DNA from: Azolla caroliniana
Lineage: Eukaryota > Plantae > Polypodiophyta
Direction of reading: 5' to 3'
DNA length: 64,000 bases
Assembly (NCBI GenBank): GCA_043228905.1
Contig: JBHGNT010000011.1
Coordinates: 17,484,001 to 17,548,000, forward strand
Below, piece after piece: positions 52,745 through 64,000 of this stretch. How positions within the stretch are numbered: position 1 is the stretch's first letter; each line of letters opens with the position of its first letter. A program made the translations under genes and the position numbers. The notes under the pieces are model-generated. The model was not told where the DNA came from. It saw nothing but the letters and a program-made list of their open reading frames with translations, and made no database searches.

Positions 52745-53370
52745 CGAGTTATGGGCCCCCCGCCCGGTTCCCGGATCGAGTCTTATCGGTAGAAGGAACT
52801 TGGAAGGAAGGAAGGAGGTGATGGTGATGGTGATGGTGATGGTGTGGGCCAGGGTTAGGGTTAGGGTGAGGGTCATAGGTTGAGAGGTTGAGGTGGGGGT
52901 AAAAAGGAAGCCAGCCTTATCCTTTCATTCTTGCAAGAAGACGAAGAAGAAGTAGAAGAAGCAGAGGAAGAAGAAGAAGAAGAAGAAGAAGAAGAAGAAG
53001 CAGGAAGACCATAAATACAACAGTATCACTAGAGCTCTGCAATTTTTTTTTTCCTGTGGTTCCCGCCTTCTCCTCACACAGGTACCCTCCTCCCCTCCCC
53101 TCCTACTATCTCTCTGCTCCTGTTTTAGCTCAAAAGAAAACCCAAAGATTCTCCACAAAACCCTAAAGCACTAACACAGAGCACAATCTCAAACACAAAA
53201 TCTAAACCCTCATACCCAACCCTAACTCCAACCTCAACCCCCCCAAAGCACAATCTCTGAATCCCTGAAAGCCTCCGAAACCCTTGAAGCCCAGAGAAAA
53301 ACAGCCCAACAAACCCGTCGAAAATCCCTAACAATATAACCTTGTCAAAACATAATCCCTGAAACCCTAA
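52745..53370 (+). promoter_or_regulatory. GC-rich promoter/5' region with site II (TGGGCC) and telo-box (AAACCCTAA) motifs
   Basis: TGGGCC at about 52752 and 52846; AAACCCTAA at about 53158 and 53362. This pairing is typical of plant translation and RNA-metabolism genes. Confidence 0.55.
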
Positions 53371-53465
53371 TCTCTCTTCTTTCTTCTGCTTATCTGCAAA
53401 ATCGAAGGGGGAGGGCGAAGTGGGGAAAGAATAATAGTTTTTCTTTGGTGTCGTGCCCGGAAGCC

Positions 53466-55543
53466 ATGGATTCTGATGTGGGCAAGGTTTTCGTGGGCGG
53501 CGTGTCATGGGAGACGACGGAGGACACGCTGAGGAAGCACTTCAGCACCTATGGATCCATCTCTGACGCCGTCATCATGAGGGATCGGGCCACTGGTCGT
53601 GCTCGGGGCTTTGGCTTTGTCGTATTCTCTGACCCTTCTGTTGCAGACACCGTCGTCTTGGAGAAACACGTCATAGAAGGCAGAACGGTAGGGATCGAAT
53701 TCGATCTATCTAACTTCACCCTCCAAATATGTATTTTTTCAGATATGATCAATTTTCTCCGTGTTACAGAAAATATGCTGTCGTTTCTGTAGCTTTGTTT
53801 CTGGAGATATAGCATTTTATGTGTACTTCTTGAGGCATGGTCTTGGCTATGTGTTATCTTCTTTTGTCTGTGCTAGTTTTGGAGATACGATGTTCTCTTC
53901 ATATTTTTGAAGATACCATATGTTCCTTCTACTTTTTTATTCACCTAAGTGTTTTGAGACGTAGACTTCTCAAGGAGTTTTCTTAGATATGCCCTTTTTC
54001 CCTGAATTTTTTGAGATTTTTCTTTATTTCCTGTAATGTATATTAAGAGCTAGAATTTTAATTGTAAATAAGGAATCACATAAAGGATTCAGTTTGCAGA
54101 AGAATATTTGCAATTCATGACTTATGAAAGTTTAATGTGTTTCCAACACCTATGTTTTGCTCGTGAAATTTGCATGTATCAGATAGTTTCTAAGGCTTTT
54201 TATATTCAGGAATCAGATAATGACCTTGTGCTCTACCCTTATTTGTCCGTCCTTATATGTCAATTCGTTTAATCTGAAATATTAATGTGAGCTTTACTCC
54301 TTCGTTTTGGGAAATTTTCCCTACATAACTTCTATTCGTGTTCTATTGAAAGGTTGATGTGAAGAAGGCAGTTCCGCGTGATGAACAACATCAAACCTCT
54401 GCAAAGGCATCCAATGCTGGTCCTCGAACAAAGAAAATATTTGTTGGAGGTCTGGCAGCCACCATAACTGAGGACGATTTCAAGCAATATTTTCAGCAGT
54501 TTGGAAACATCACAGACGCAGTTGTGATGTATGATCACGAAACACAAAGACCCCGAGGTTTTGGTTTTATCACTTTTGATACTGAAGATGCAGTAGAAAA
54601 AGTTCTACAAAAGAATTTCCATGAAGTGAACGAGAAATTGGTGGAAGTGAAGCCAGCAGTACCCAAAGACATGGCCACATCATCAAGTGGTGGTGGAAGA
54701 GCTCAAGGAGGAGGATATGGTGGAGGATCAGGCAGAGGAGGAGGAGGATATGGGCAAGGGTATAATTCAAATCAACACAATTCATCATATGGCCCAAATC
54801 AATACACTGGACCCCCTTCTGGAAGGGTAGGAGTAGGACCCGGTGGCTATCCACCCTATGGATCTGGTGGCTATGGGGGTGCCCCTCCTTATGGATCGGG
54901 TCCAGGGTATGGACCTCCGATGAATGGAGGTTTTGGCAATAGTGGTTATAACAGTGGTGGTGGAGGATATGGAGGGGGATATGGTGGAGGTTATGGTAAT
55001 GCTCCAGTACCAGGAGCAGCAACATCAGCTGTTGGCTATGGCAACACAGGGGGATATGGAGCTTCGACAACAGGGAGCTATGGTGGTGCAGCTCCTCCAC
55101 AAGCTTCAGGTCCGAGAAGTCCGTGGGGTGGAGGGAATCAATTAGGGTTTGGAACGAGTCCTAGTGGAGGTTATGGAAGTGGTGGTGGATGGATGGGTGG
55201 TTCTGGTCCTAACCCTAACGCTGGACCACCTCCTGCTGCCTCAGCAGGGGGCTATGGTGGTGTTAGTGGCTATGGCTATGGCTATGGTTATGGTGGTGGT
55301 GCGGAAGGTGGTTATGTTGGATATGGAGCTCAAACTGCCCCATATGGACCTGGATCTGGTGGAGGAGATACTTATACTGGAGGTTATCAAAGACCTGGAG
55401 GTCCTGATTCTAGTGCTAATCCTCCTTCTGGCTATGGTGGTGTAGGTAGTGGTCCTTCCCCTACTGATAGCTATGGTGTTGGAGGGAAACAAACACATCG
55501 AGGTGCTGATGCTCGCTTCAGGCCTTACCCTGCACATGGATGA
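53466..55543 (+). CDS. RNP1: hnRNP A/B (Musashi/RBGD-like) RNA-binding protein, 2 RRMs plus Gly/Tyr-rich tail, 470 aa
   Basis: Exons 53466-53687 and 54353-55543 (GT-AG, phase 0). RNP motifs KVFVGG/RGFGFVVF and KIFVGG/RGFGFITF; C-terminal RFRPY PY-NLS. Confidence 0.95.
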
Positions 55544-56849
55544 ATAATTCTTTGTTTCTCTTTTATTACAAACACTGTCCCAGAGAAGAAAGAAGACACT
55601 TTCTTCCCGTTCTGCTCCGAAAAGACAAGAATTTTGATGTGGTTTTTACTCATCGTTTTCTTAACCTTGGGCTGTCTTCGGTACCCTTTGGAACCGATTA
55701 TGTGTTGGCTTGGACGGGATAATGGTCAGTAAATCTGGACTCATGCTGTTATAGTTAGGTAGGTAGGATGGTAGCAAAAATTTGGCTTTTGCAAGTGATG
55801 CATTGAACTACTAGTTTGACACTTTCTTTCTACCAGACACTTTTTTTATTTTCCCTGTTTTGGTAGTTATGTAGTATATCTCTAACTAAGTATAAAGGGC
55901 TTCTGCTCAAGAGGATTTTTGCTAATCAGGAGGCATTCAGCAGGAAATACATAAACAAAAATCAGTCTCTATGAGGTCATGTAGTAAGTTTTTATGGCTA
56001 AAGTAAAAAAGAAAAAGCTCAGATTTGGTGTCTTTAAGTATTTTCTTCTCACATACTGGGATCTTACAGGCTTTACAGTGTTATTTTTTAAAGTATTGTG
56101 AAAACCGAGAAAGTAGTGAAGGACCAGAGAGAAACTATGCTTTATATCCCAGGAGAAATAGCTAGTGCAAATTTCTAGGTTGAGATTAAGCGCAACGTTC
56201 TTCCATATGCTTATTTTCATGTGTCCTGGATGTGCCAGATTATACAACACAGGAAACCATCTTTCATCTACATACACTTTTGGATTGAATGGTCTGGAGA
56301 GAGCATTACTCGGAAGAAGACATATCTCACAAGATCTTTCATCGTGATTCTGAAGATATTGTCGGATCCTTTTTAAGGTGGGCATTTTTGTTGAAGTTTC
56401 TTCTGGCTTCGACAAGTGTTGTGTGCCTTAATGCTCAGAGTTACTGTTGTATAATACTTTAGAAAGCATTTTTTGTGTACTTGGGATCATCTTTGGAAAA
56501 TCAGTTTTGATGGGAGCTATGGCTGCATCTTTTTGTTTTCAAAGGATTGGTTGATTAATGTGTGCTTTTCTGGAGTATATTTTTAATGAATTGTTTCATG
56601 AAGAAAGAATGCTGAAATCCATTGGTGTGTTTTGTGAGAATAAATTGGGATACTTGGTCTAACCCATAAATACCTCTTCTTTGCTGTCCGTTCTGAAAGC
56701 TTTCTAACAATTAAGTGGATATTCTTCGTTGCTGTCCTTTTCTCGACACTTTGATTTGAGTGAGAAATGCTTATTTGGCACTTTGAATACTACCTCTCAA
56801 TGCACACGGAGAAACTTGTTTTATATATGTACTGGTCTGTTACTCGTGT

Positions 56850-57300
56850 TTTTGCTACATGCAGAAATTTTGTTGCAGAATTGTGATGGCTGCTGTTGGT
56901 CAATATTTCTATTTCCTTTTGTTTATTTAATTTCATTTATTATTGTTGTTTTCCTCTATGGATGTATGCGTCTTTCTGTTGTAATGTAGCTAATGCATAG
57001 AAAGCTAATTATAGCATAATATAATTTAAAAGAAAACAATGTAACAAGTCGTTAGATATTCTTTGATGTGAAATTGGCACGTGTTTGTTGTGTTTTCGGT
57101 ACTTGCTGAAATTTCGGTGCAGAACTGTGCTGTCTGCAGTGGGTTAATATTTCTATTTCCTTTTGTTTTTTTAGCTTCATTTCTTATGATTAATGATTTT
57201 GTATATGGTGGTTGTGTTCTATGGATGTAGCTAACGCATTGAAAGCTAATCATATTATGATATTATATATAATTGAAAAGAAAACAGTGTAATAAGTCGT
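56850..57300. repeat. Diverged ~245-bp tandem duplication
   Basis: GCAGAA.TGTG.TG.CTGC...AATATTTCTATTTCCTTTTGTT...GTAGCTAA.GCAT.GAAAGCTAAT occurs twice (about 56875 and 57119). Confidence 0.75.
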
Positions 57301-58698
57301 TAAATTACAGCACATGTGATTGGAACAATTAGAACATTTAGTTGTGCTTGACGTGTTTTGATTTGATGCATGCTTTTGCTGTACATTTTCGGTTCATGAT
57401 TGTGTTAATGCTAATCAATAAATGTTTGAATAATGAAACCATAAATAATTCCGCAGCGGATAGGTGGAAGTTGAGAAAATGAATTATAAGTACACCAAAT
57501 CATTGCTGAATTAAAAATTTGCCATTTATTTCTAAATTGTGTAAAAAGTACGCCCTCTATATTCTTGTAGTTAATACAGCTGATTCTGTTATCAAGAATT
57601 ACATGAGCAGAACTGTCTTTTTAAATACTAGGTAACACCTAAGCTCTAAACCTTTGTGTAAGCCTTATACACACTCTCTTTAAATCTTAGTGTCACAATC
57701 TCTAGCTTAGAGAAGGATAGTATTTGCTGGTTGTTAAATCAAGTTAGAATCAGATGATTATGTGTTGATGCATTACTATTCATCTTATAACATACATATC
57801 TTGATCTCATATCTACCCCTACGATAAATGGATGTGCTAGATGGTAGATATCCATGAAAGTACAAAGTATGACATATAGGTTGCCTTGCATGTCACAATA
57901 AAATAATGCTTGCACATTACGTCCATTTTGGGTGGACCCTTAGACATAGTTTTCCAGGTATGTAGTTTCCTTTACCTTATTACTAATCTTGACATGGTAT
58001 ACTTGCCCATGATAAATTGATATCTCAATGTGCACATGCATGAAAACTGTGAGTAAGATGTATGAAAGCCCATTGCGTCTCATGCAAGAGATATAGCTCT
58101 TGCACACATTCTATTTTGATCAAATTCTAGCTTGTATGAGGCTTATGACTATAGTTTTATAAGAGACAATACCAACCCAAAACACATACAAAATGAAGGG
58201 CAATGTCTTACGATGTGCCGGTCGGAACTCGTGATCGAAACGTAGGTCCAATGTTGTGAGTTGTGAGTAGAGATTGGACAATGGAATTACAGAAAAGAGA
58301 GGCCGAGGTATCTATCCATCTATCTGTAAAGGAGGGAGGAGACATATCTGTAAAGAACCTTAGGAGCACAAAAACAAGGCGGTATCGGAATCCGAGTCGG
58401 AATCGGAATCGGAATCGGAATCGATCGGGATGCCTTGACATAGAAAATTGGTGCTTTGGATTTATAGCTTTACTCCAACGTTTGATTTGTTGGGCAAATC
58501 CTTCATTTTGCTTATATGAGCCACCCTGGGTTCGATTCGTCGTAGCTGCCTGCCTGAATCCCCTGCTCTGGACCAACTACGCATATATACATGTAAACCA
58601 CCAACACATTTCTCCCCTCCTCTCTGTTTTCCACCAGCATATGGTCTTTTTGATTGGGTATACGCCGTTTCTTTCCATTTTCTGTTTGTTTTGTTTCC

Positions 58699-59450
58699 AT
58701 GACTTTGCAGAGCTTTTCAGAAGATCTGAGGGGTTCTGAACAAGCTTCACAAGACAGGGTTCATGGCCTTTTCAAAGTTTTGATATCCTCATCAGAACAT
58801 GAGGCACATCATGTAAGAATATCTGTAGATACTTCGTAGCAATTTATCATCATGAATCAGTGCTTCATCATCTTTTTTCGTTGCATTCTACATGACTATT
58901 TATGTAAGTCGATGCTAAGTATTTGTATATGGCGCTATATCGGTGTGAAGATATTTCTATATTCATTGCTAATCATTGTATGTTCGACAATTTTGGTGCA
59001 GATATGTTGGTGGTTGGAATCATTCTCTAACAGATTGATGAGTAGAGCAGAAGATGTTTCAGCTGAATTAGAAGACCTTGCAGAAGGTGTTTCAGCTGAA
59101 TCTTGGCAATGCATTCAATAGTCTACGGATTCTCTCATCATCCCAGTTTATAGAGAATGTAAGAGCTGAATTCTGAATGTGTAAATTTTTGTGAGTGTAG
59201 CAGAACTCATTATGAGCAGATTGCAATGGAGTCATCCAGGATTTTCCTTGTGCAGAGGGTATATGAAGAGGATGAGACATTAGTTGCAAATGCGGAAGTC
59301 ATGGTAAAGCTGCATGGACCATCACATAGCTATGAAGATGATGTGCTTCTGAGATATAAGGAAGCTGTGACATCAGCATGGAATGTATACGAGCAGCATA
59401 TCGATAAGCCTTGTACAAGAACTTCAAGCTCTCGACAGAAAAGGACCATG
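58699..59450 (+). pseudogene. WASHC2: WASH complex subunit FAM21/WASHC2 N-terminal domain homolog, frameshifted and 3'-truncated
   Basis: Exon ~58699/58711-58758 (SFSEDLR). Exon 59002-59158: ICWWLESFSNRLMSRAEDVSAELEDLAE / shift / [19 protein letters not shown]. Exon 59256-59450: RVYEEDE...SYEDDVLLRYKEAV. These resemble FAM21 LQEFSQ..SRT...[23 protein letters not shown]...LIPKVQEAV (recalled). Confidence 0.8.
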
Positions 59451-59654
59451 GTAACACTTATTAATTCTATACTATATTGTAACAACCTTTGCTATATTTG
59501 AGCTGAAAATAGTAGCAATCCAAGCAATGAAAAGGAGGATCTTTGGTCTACACCTGGTTTTTGTTTTCCATTATTGGATAAGTGTGAAGCCCATATCGCA
59601 TTTTCTATCAATTATTGCCAGATATCCTTGTGTTTTTAAGAATTAGGATGTTTG

Positions 59655-62600
59655 TGGAGATATGCCATTGAGAGTTGATATGATATCCAATAAGGACGAA
59701 CAATACATTTTGGCTTTATAGAGAGGTTCTCATGGACAAGGTTGATGGTGATGTTGGGACATTTGTGGAATTAGTGGCAATATCTCATAGAAAATGGGCC
59801 AAAGTTTCTTCATGAAACATGTCATGAATTTGGCTCATATAACCTTCATATCAACTAATTGATTTTGAAATTGATACCACCACTCATATGTGAATCGTGA
59901 TACAATACTGGACTTCAATTAATGTGACAAAAAATTCATTTTTTATTGACAGAATTTCAACAAACAGCTTATACATTTATGAGCAAAGTGTGTAAAAAAT
60001 GTCTACCTATATTGGCTAGCAAATATTTATCACCCTATAGCACAATATATAACACAATTTATCCAATATATATACACATTCAATGGCTACCTGAACCAAC
60101 AAGCGCAAGAAGAAATTTCTTGTAGTTACCAGATGTATCAGATGATATCATATCTTCTAATCGTTTATTGTACTTGTGATCGAACTCTGCCTTAATAGCT
60201 TGCATATCAATTTCCACTCTCGTCACAATCACACGAATCAATATCTCATCACGCATTCCAATCCCTTTCATTGATTTGTGTAGCATCTACAAAATTATCA
60301 ACCTTATTCAGTAACGATTTCATGTAGAGAAACTGGTGGAAAAATGAGCTCACAACTCATGAAGGAAAAATCACTAGGTCAAAGAAAGCCATTGCAAAAA
60401 CCTATATACAAAATGCACAAGATATATATTAACTTCCAAAGAAAGACATCTCAAAAATATATATGCCATATGCGCAAGATATAAATTAATGTCCAAATAT
60501 CACCTATGCAGAGTACTTTAGATGCAAATCAGCACAACGTGACACATGTAACGTCTTTCAGTGCATTACATTTTATTTCCATTCATTGCAATGAATTGAT
60601 GATTTCAGAGAGAGGAAGAACAACTTACAACGAGCTATCATATTAAGTTTAACTAACTCGAAATGTGATTTAGCAAAAGATTGTAAAAATAATACCTCTT
60701 TTTTCAAGATTTTCAAACTAGGCCTTAAAAGAACTCCTGAAAATCAATGCTAATAGATACAACATGAAAGCTTGGTAGGACTAACAGCCTAATTCTACCA
60801 ATCCTATTACCTACAAACAGGAGCAACTTTATAGTACTAACAATCTAATTCTATGAAACTTTGAAGTCCTATTATTGGAGATGAAGAAAGTATGACACAA
60901 ACTTTTTCTATATCCCGAACATACATTTATCGGTATATATGGAAAGAAACAGTCAACAGTGCTGCACTTCTAGTGCTTAAGATGTGAATTATGGCTGCCA
61001 TGTCTGTACCTAACCGTCCTTCACCCCGCTTTATAGATTGACTTGGCTTCATTCCCTGCCAAGTGCATATCAAGTTTCTGGCCTATAATTATTGAGATAT
61101 GCAAGAAGAAACTGCAATACATTATCAAGAAAAGAAACTTATCAGTGTTCTCAAGTCATATAGCATCTTCTACATTCTTATTGTTTTTCGGGAAAACTCC
61201 AAACTACCCCTGAGTTTTTCATTATTTCGCAAGAGACCCTTGGTCAGCCCCTGAAAGAGACAAACGCAGAAAATTTGACCATACAATTGCTCAGGTAGCA
61301 TATACGTATATAATTGATTGTGAGGGTTGACTAAAGGCATATGGAGAAATAAACAAAACTCCCGTTCTGTGTTTAAAAATCTGGCCAGTAGAAAACATAA
61401 GAAAGAACAAACTAAACCACACAAATAAAGAACAGTGAAAATAAATTGCATAGGAAATGCGTAGGATGAATGTAACCTTCCTATAGTCTCCACCAGTATC
61501 TGAAGAAACGTCCGCATCAAGTGATCGCTGAGACATTGAATTGTAAGCATGTCTTATTGCTTGTAACTGCGATGTTGTCCGAGAACAAACCATCTCAATC
61601 AAGGATGTATCCTGAGTACCCCATCCACGGATAGCATCCCTCATGATGGTAGCATCTCTTTCGGATCTTGCACCCAAAGAATAACTACTTTCTGCAAGTG
61701 TAACAAAAAAATACACCAGACATATGTCTAATCAACAATCTCAGAGTGAAAATACGAGATTTGATGGTTCATACCACAAAAAAACCAAGGAAACAACGCC
61801 ACCTACGCCTAATGTGTTGCATATTCATTAAGACACCCCTTGGTTAATCAGAAATGAACAAAATACCCCTGACATTTATGTGAGTTAAATCAGCCATTAA
61901 TTGGTTCTAGTTTGGATTTCCTTTGTAAGATAGCTTTGGACCTAATTATCAAATGACAATTTAATTAATTAATTAGTTACTCAAAAGCTACATCATCACT
62001 ACATAGGGACAACGGAAAAATTAACCTCTTGATTGCCAACTTATAAAACTAATAGCTTGAATGACTCCTGATTAACACAAAGTAAAAATTTGAAGGTACT
62101 TTTGTAATTTTAAAACTCAAGGGGATATTTGGCTAATTTTAAAAAACCGGTGGTATCCTATTGAATCAATGTTGGTATCCAGAAAATATTTGGGGTAGAA
62201 AATCTAGTCCAACTAAGCTACTCACCTCCAAGTTTCCATGGATCTCTGATTTCAATCTATCAAGGAGATTCTGAGAATAAGGGGTTGAATATAATCGGCG
62301 TAGTTCATGCCGTTGCACATATTTCTGTGTGCCAGAACTGTGATTATCTTCTTCTCATCACAGCCAAAACCTAATTCACCACTCCAGAAAATAAATAAGT
62401 ACTCTTTGCAATAAGACATTGAGGTTTCTTTCACATAAGAAAGTCCTCATGTGAATGACATTTGTTTTTTGAAAGTTTTTCAGCACTTGGCCTAAAATTA
62501 AATTTGCATTACATTCCTACTGATATTTTCTCATAATTTCCTGTTGTTTCAAATATGAAGAGAGAACTTGGTTAATTAGTAAAGAATCAACTATGGCGTG

Positions 62601-64000
62601 CTTACTGTGTATTTTCGTCTAAGAATTATGTTCAAAAACATTCCTAAAATGTTTAAGGCGCTTATATCAACACAATCTCATCTTACTGTATTTTCCCCTC
62701 TTTCTTGAATGTGATTTGATTTCAGAACTTTCTTGAACTATTTAGAGACTATTCAGCAACATATCATCTTTTATCTCTCCATTGAATGGTCATCAAAACG
62801 TGATCTTTAATCTATTATAGATCAGAAAGTAATGCAGATGATCTGTTCTTTGTGCTTTAAACAAAGAAATTCAGCGCACACAGTAGTGTTGCCACGGTTT
62901 CCATCAACAAAGAAAATCTAACCAATTTCTCTATAGGAACAAAACAGATTTCCCATAAATTTTTCTACAAGTTGAAACTTTACTGCTACACGTTCAAATC
63001 TAGATCTTCTATAATCGTTCTGATCAATTTCGATCTTGATTTCCTATGACTTAATTACAACAGCATGTCACCTTACCAACTTCAATGTAGGCTTCTTAAG
63101 CCATGAATTTGGCATAACAAAAATTCATTGTTACTGATCTCAGTCTAGATTTCCTTTTACTCTCTCCTACTATCTACGATCACCACTACCTATGCTTCAC
63201 TGATGCCGATTTCCATTCATAATTCTCACTAGCCATGCTTCACTGCTACCACTTTATATCGATAATATTCTCTCGTATGCATTCAAAAAATGAATTATTT
63301 TCTATACATTCACATTGAACAATCATCAGTCATTTATTGTTTCAAGTTGAATGTAGATCTTCTATATTGTTTCCTGTAATTTAAACAACTCTGGAATTGA
63401 AATTCTACCATGCTTCCATTTCAACCTAGAACTATAGTGACACTTACATCTGAAATAAAAAGTGTTGCTGATGAAATCTGAAACCTGTGTAAATATGATA
63501 AGAAAGGACCGCTCTTTTTACTGAGTTACCATTTTATTCTGCAATTTCTGCTAAAAGTTTTCTGGTTTTGATTCTGCGGACTACATTTTTGTTAAGACAT
63601 TGTTGGAAATGTAATGCACGAAAGCAGTGAGAAACGACCGGAGCATTCATGAGATTATGACGAGTTCCTGATGAAATCTGAAACCTGTGCAAATATGATG
63701 AGAAATGACTGCTCTTTTTACTGAGTTACCATTTCATTCTGAAATTTTGTTTTGATTCTGCGGCCTACATTTTTGGCAAGACAATGCCGGAAATGTAATA
63801 AACGAAAGCAGTGAGAAACGAACGAAGCATTCGGAGATTATGAGGAGGAGGAGGAGGAGGGGGGGGAGGAGAAGAACCTACCTTTTGAACGCTCGGTGGA
63901 GATCTGCACTGACTTGCATGGCGTTCGGCATGGCTCCTGAAGGAAGGATGATAGTGGACATACTCATACAAAGAATGAAGAATGAGTGGATCGAAAAAGC
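59655..64000 (-). repeat. Right arm of inverted duplication of 46352-50697 (runs off window end)
   Basis: The reverse complement aligns nearly base for base, including introns and 3' flank. The breakpoint is at 59655/50697. Confidence 0.95.
60080..63961 (-). pseudogene. Annexin pseudogene 6 (inverted copy of pseudogene 5)
   Basis: Same +1 exon-1, -1 exon-2 and -4 exon-3 lesions and exon-5 deletion. Exon 6 is 60286-60080; the ATG is at 63961. Confidence 0.92.

Noticed and set aside
52815-52890. (GGTGAT)n and TTAGGG-like repeats
   Set aside because: Only 2-3 telomere-like units; better read as promoter microsatellite or telo-box-like sequence than an interstitial telomere.
54570-55537. Antisense and alternative-frame ORFs over the hnRNP gene
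   Set aside because: Shadows of low-complexity Gly codons.
55969-56415. 148-aa minus-strand ORF
   Set aside because: Non-ATG start, no motif, and probably 3' UTR or intergenic.
58208-58739. ORFs with RNRNRN/RFRFRF runs
   Set aside because: Produced by a short (CGGAAT)n microsatellite.

Overview
Eukaryotic genomic DNA from a land plant. A seed-free lineage such as a fern is likely, but that is inference. The window is dominated by an annexin (ANN5/D5-like) cluster. There are four intact six-exon genes (1906-4539 -, 12638-15525 +, 18358-22168 +, 38909-41286 +), two pseudogenes with identical lesions forming the arms of a >=4.3-kb inverted duplication (46391-50272 +, 60080-63961 -), and a relic seventh copy near 32.9-33.7 kb. 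The spacer between the inverted arms holds an intact two-RRM, Gly-rich hnRNP gene. It also holds a frameshifted fragment I recognise as the N-terminal domain of WASH-complex subunit FAM21/WASHC2, cut close to the duplication breakpoint. An orphan profilin exon 1 sits at 35160. The divergent annexin pair at 4.5/12.6 kb carries independently amplified promoter arrays built from one W-box/TCATGA/(GA)n module. Intergenic DNA holds a nested LTR/LINE/hAT stack with traceable target-site duplications (TSDs) at 24.6-31.6 kb, hAT MITEs, (GA)n-associated RTE-like LINEs, L1 fragments and a tRNA-derived SINE array. All homology calls come from motif recognition and by-eye comparison, not database searches.
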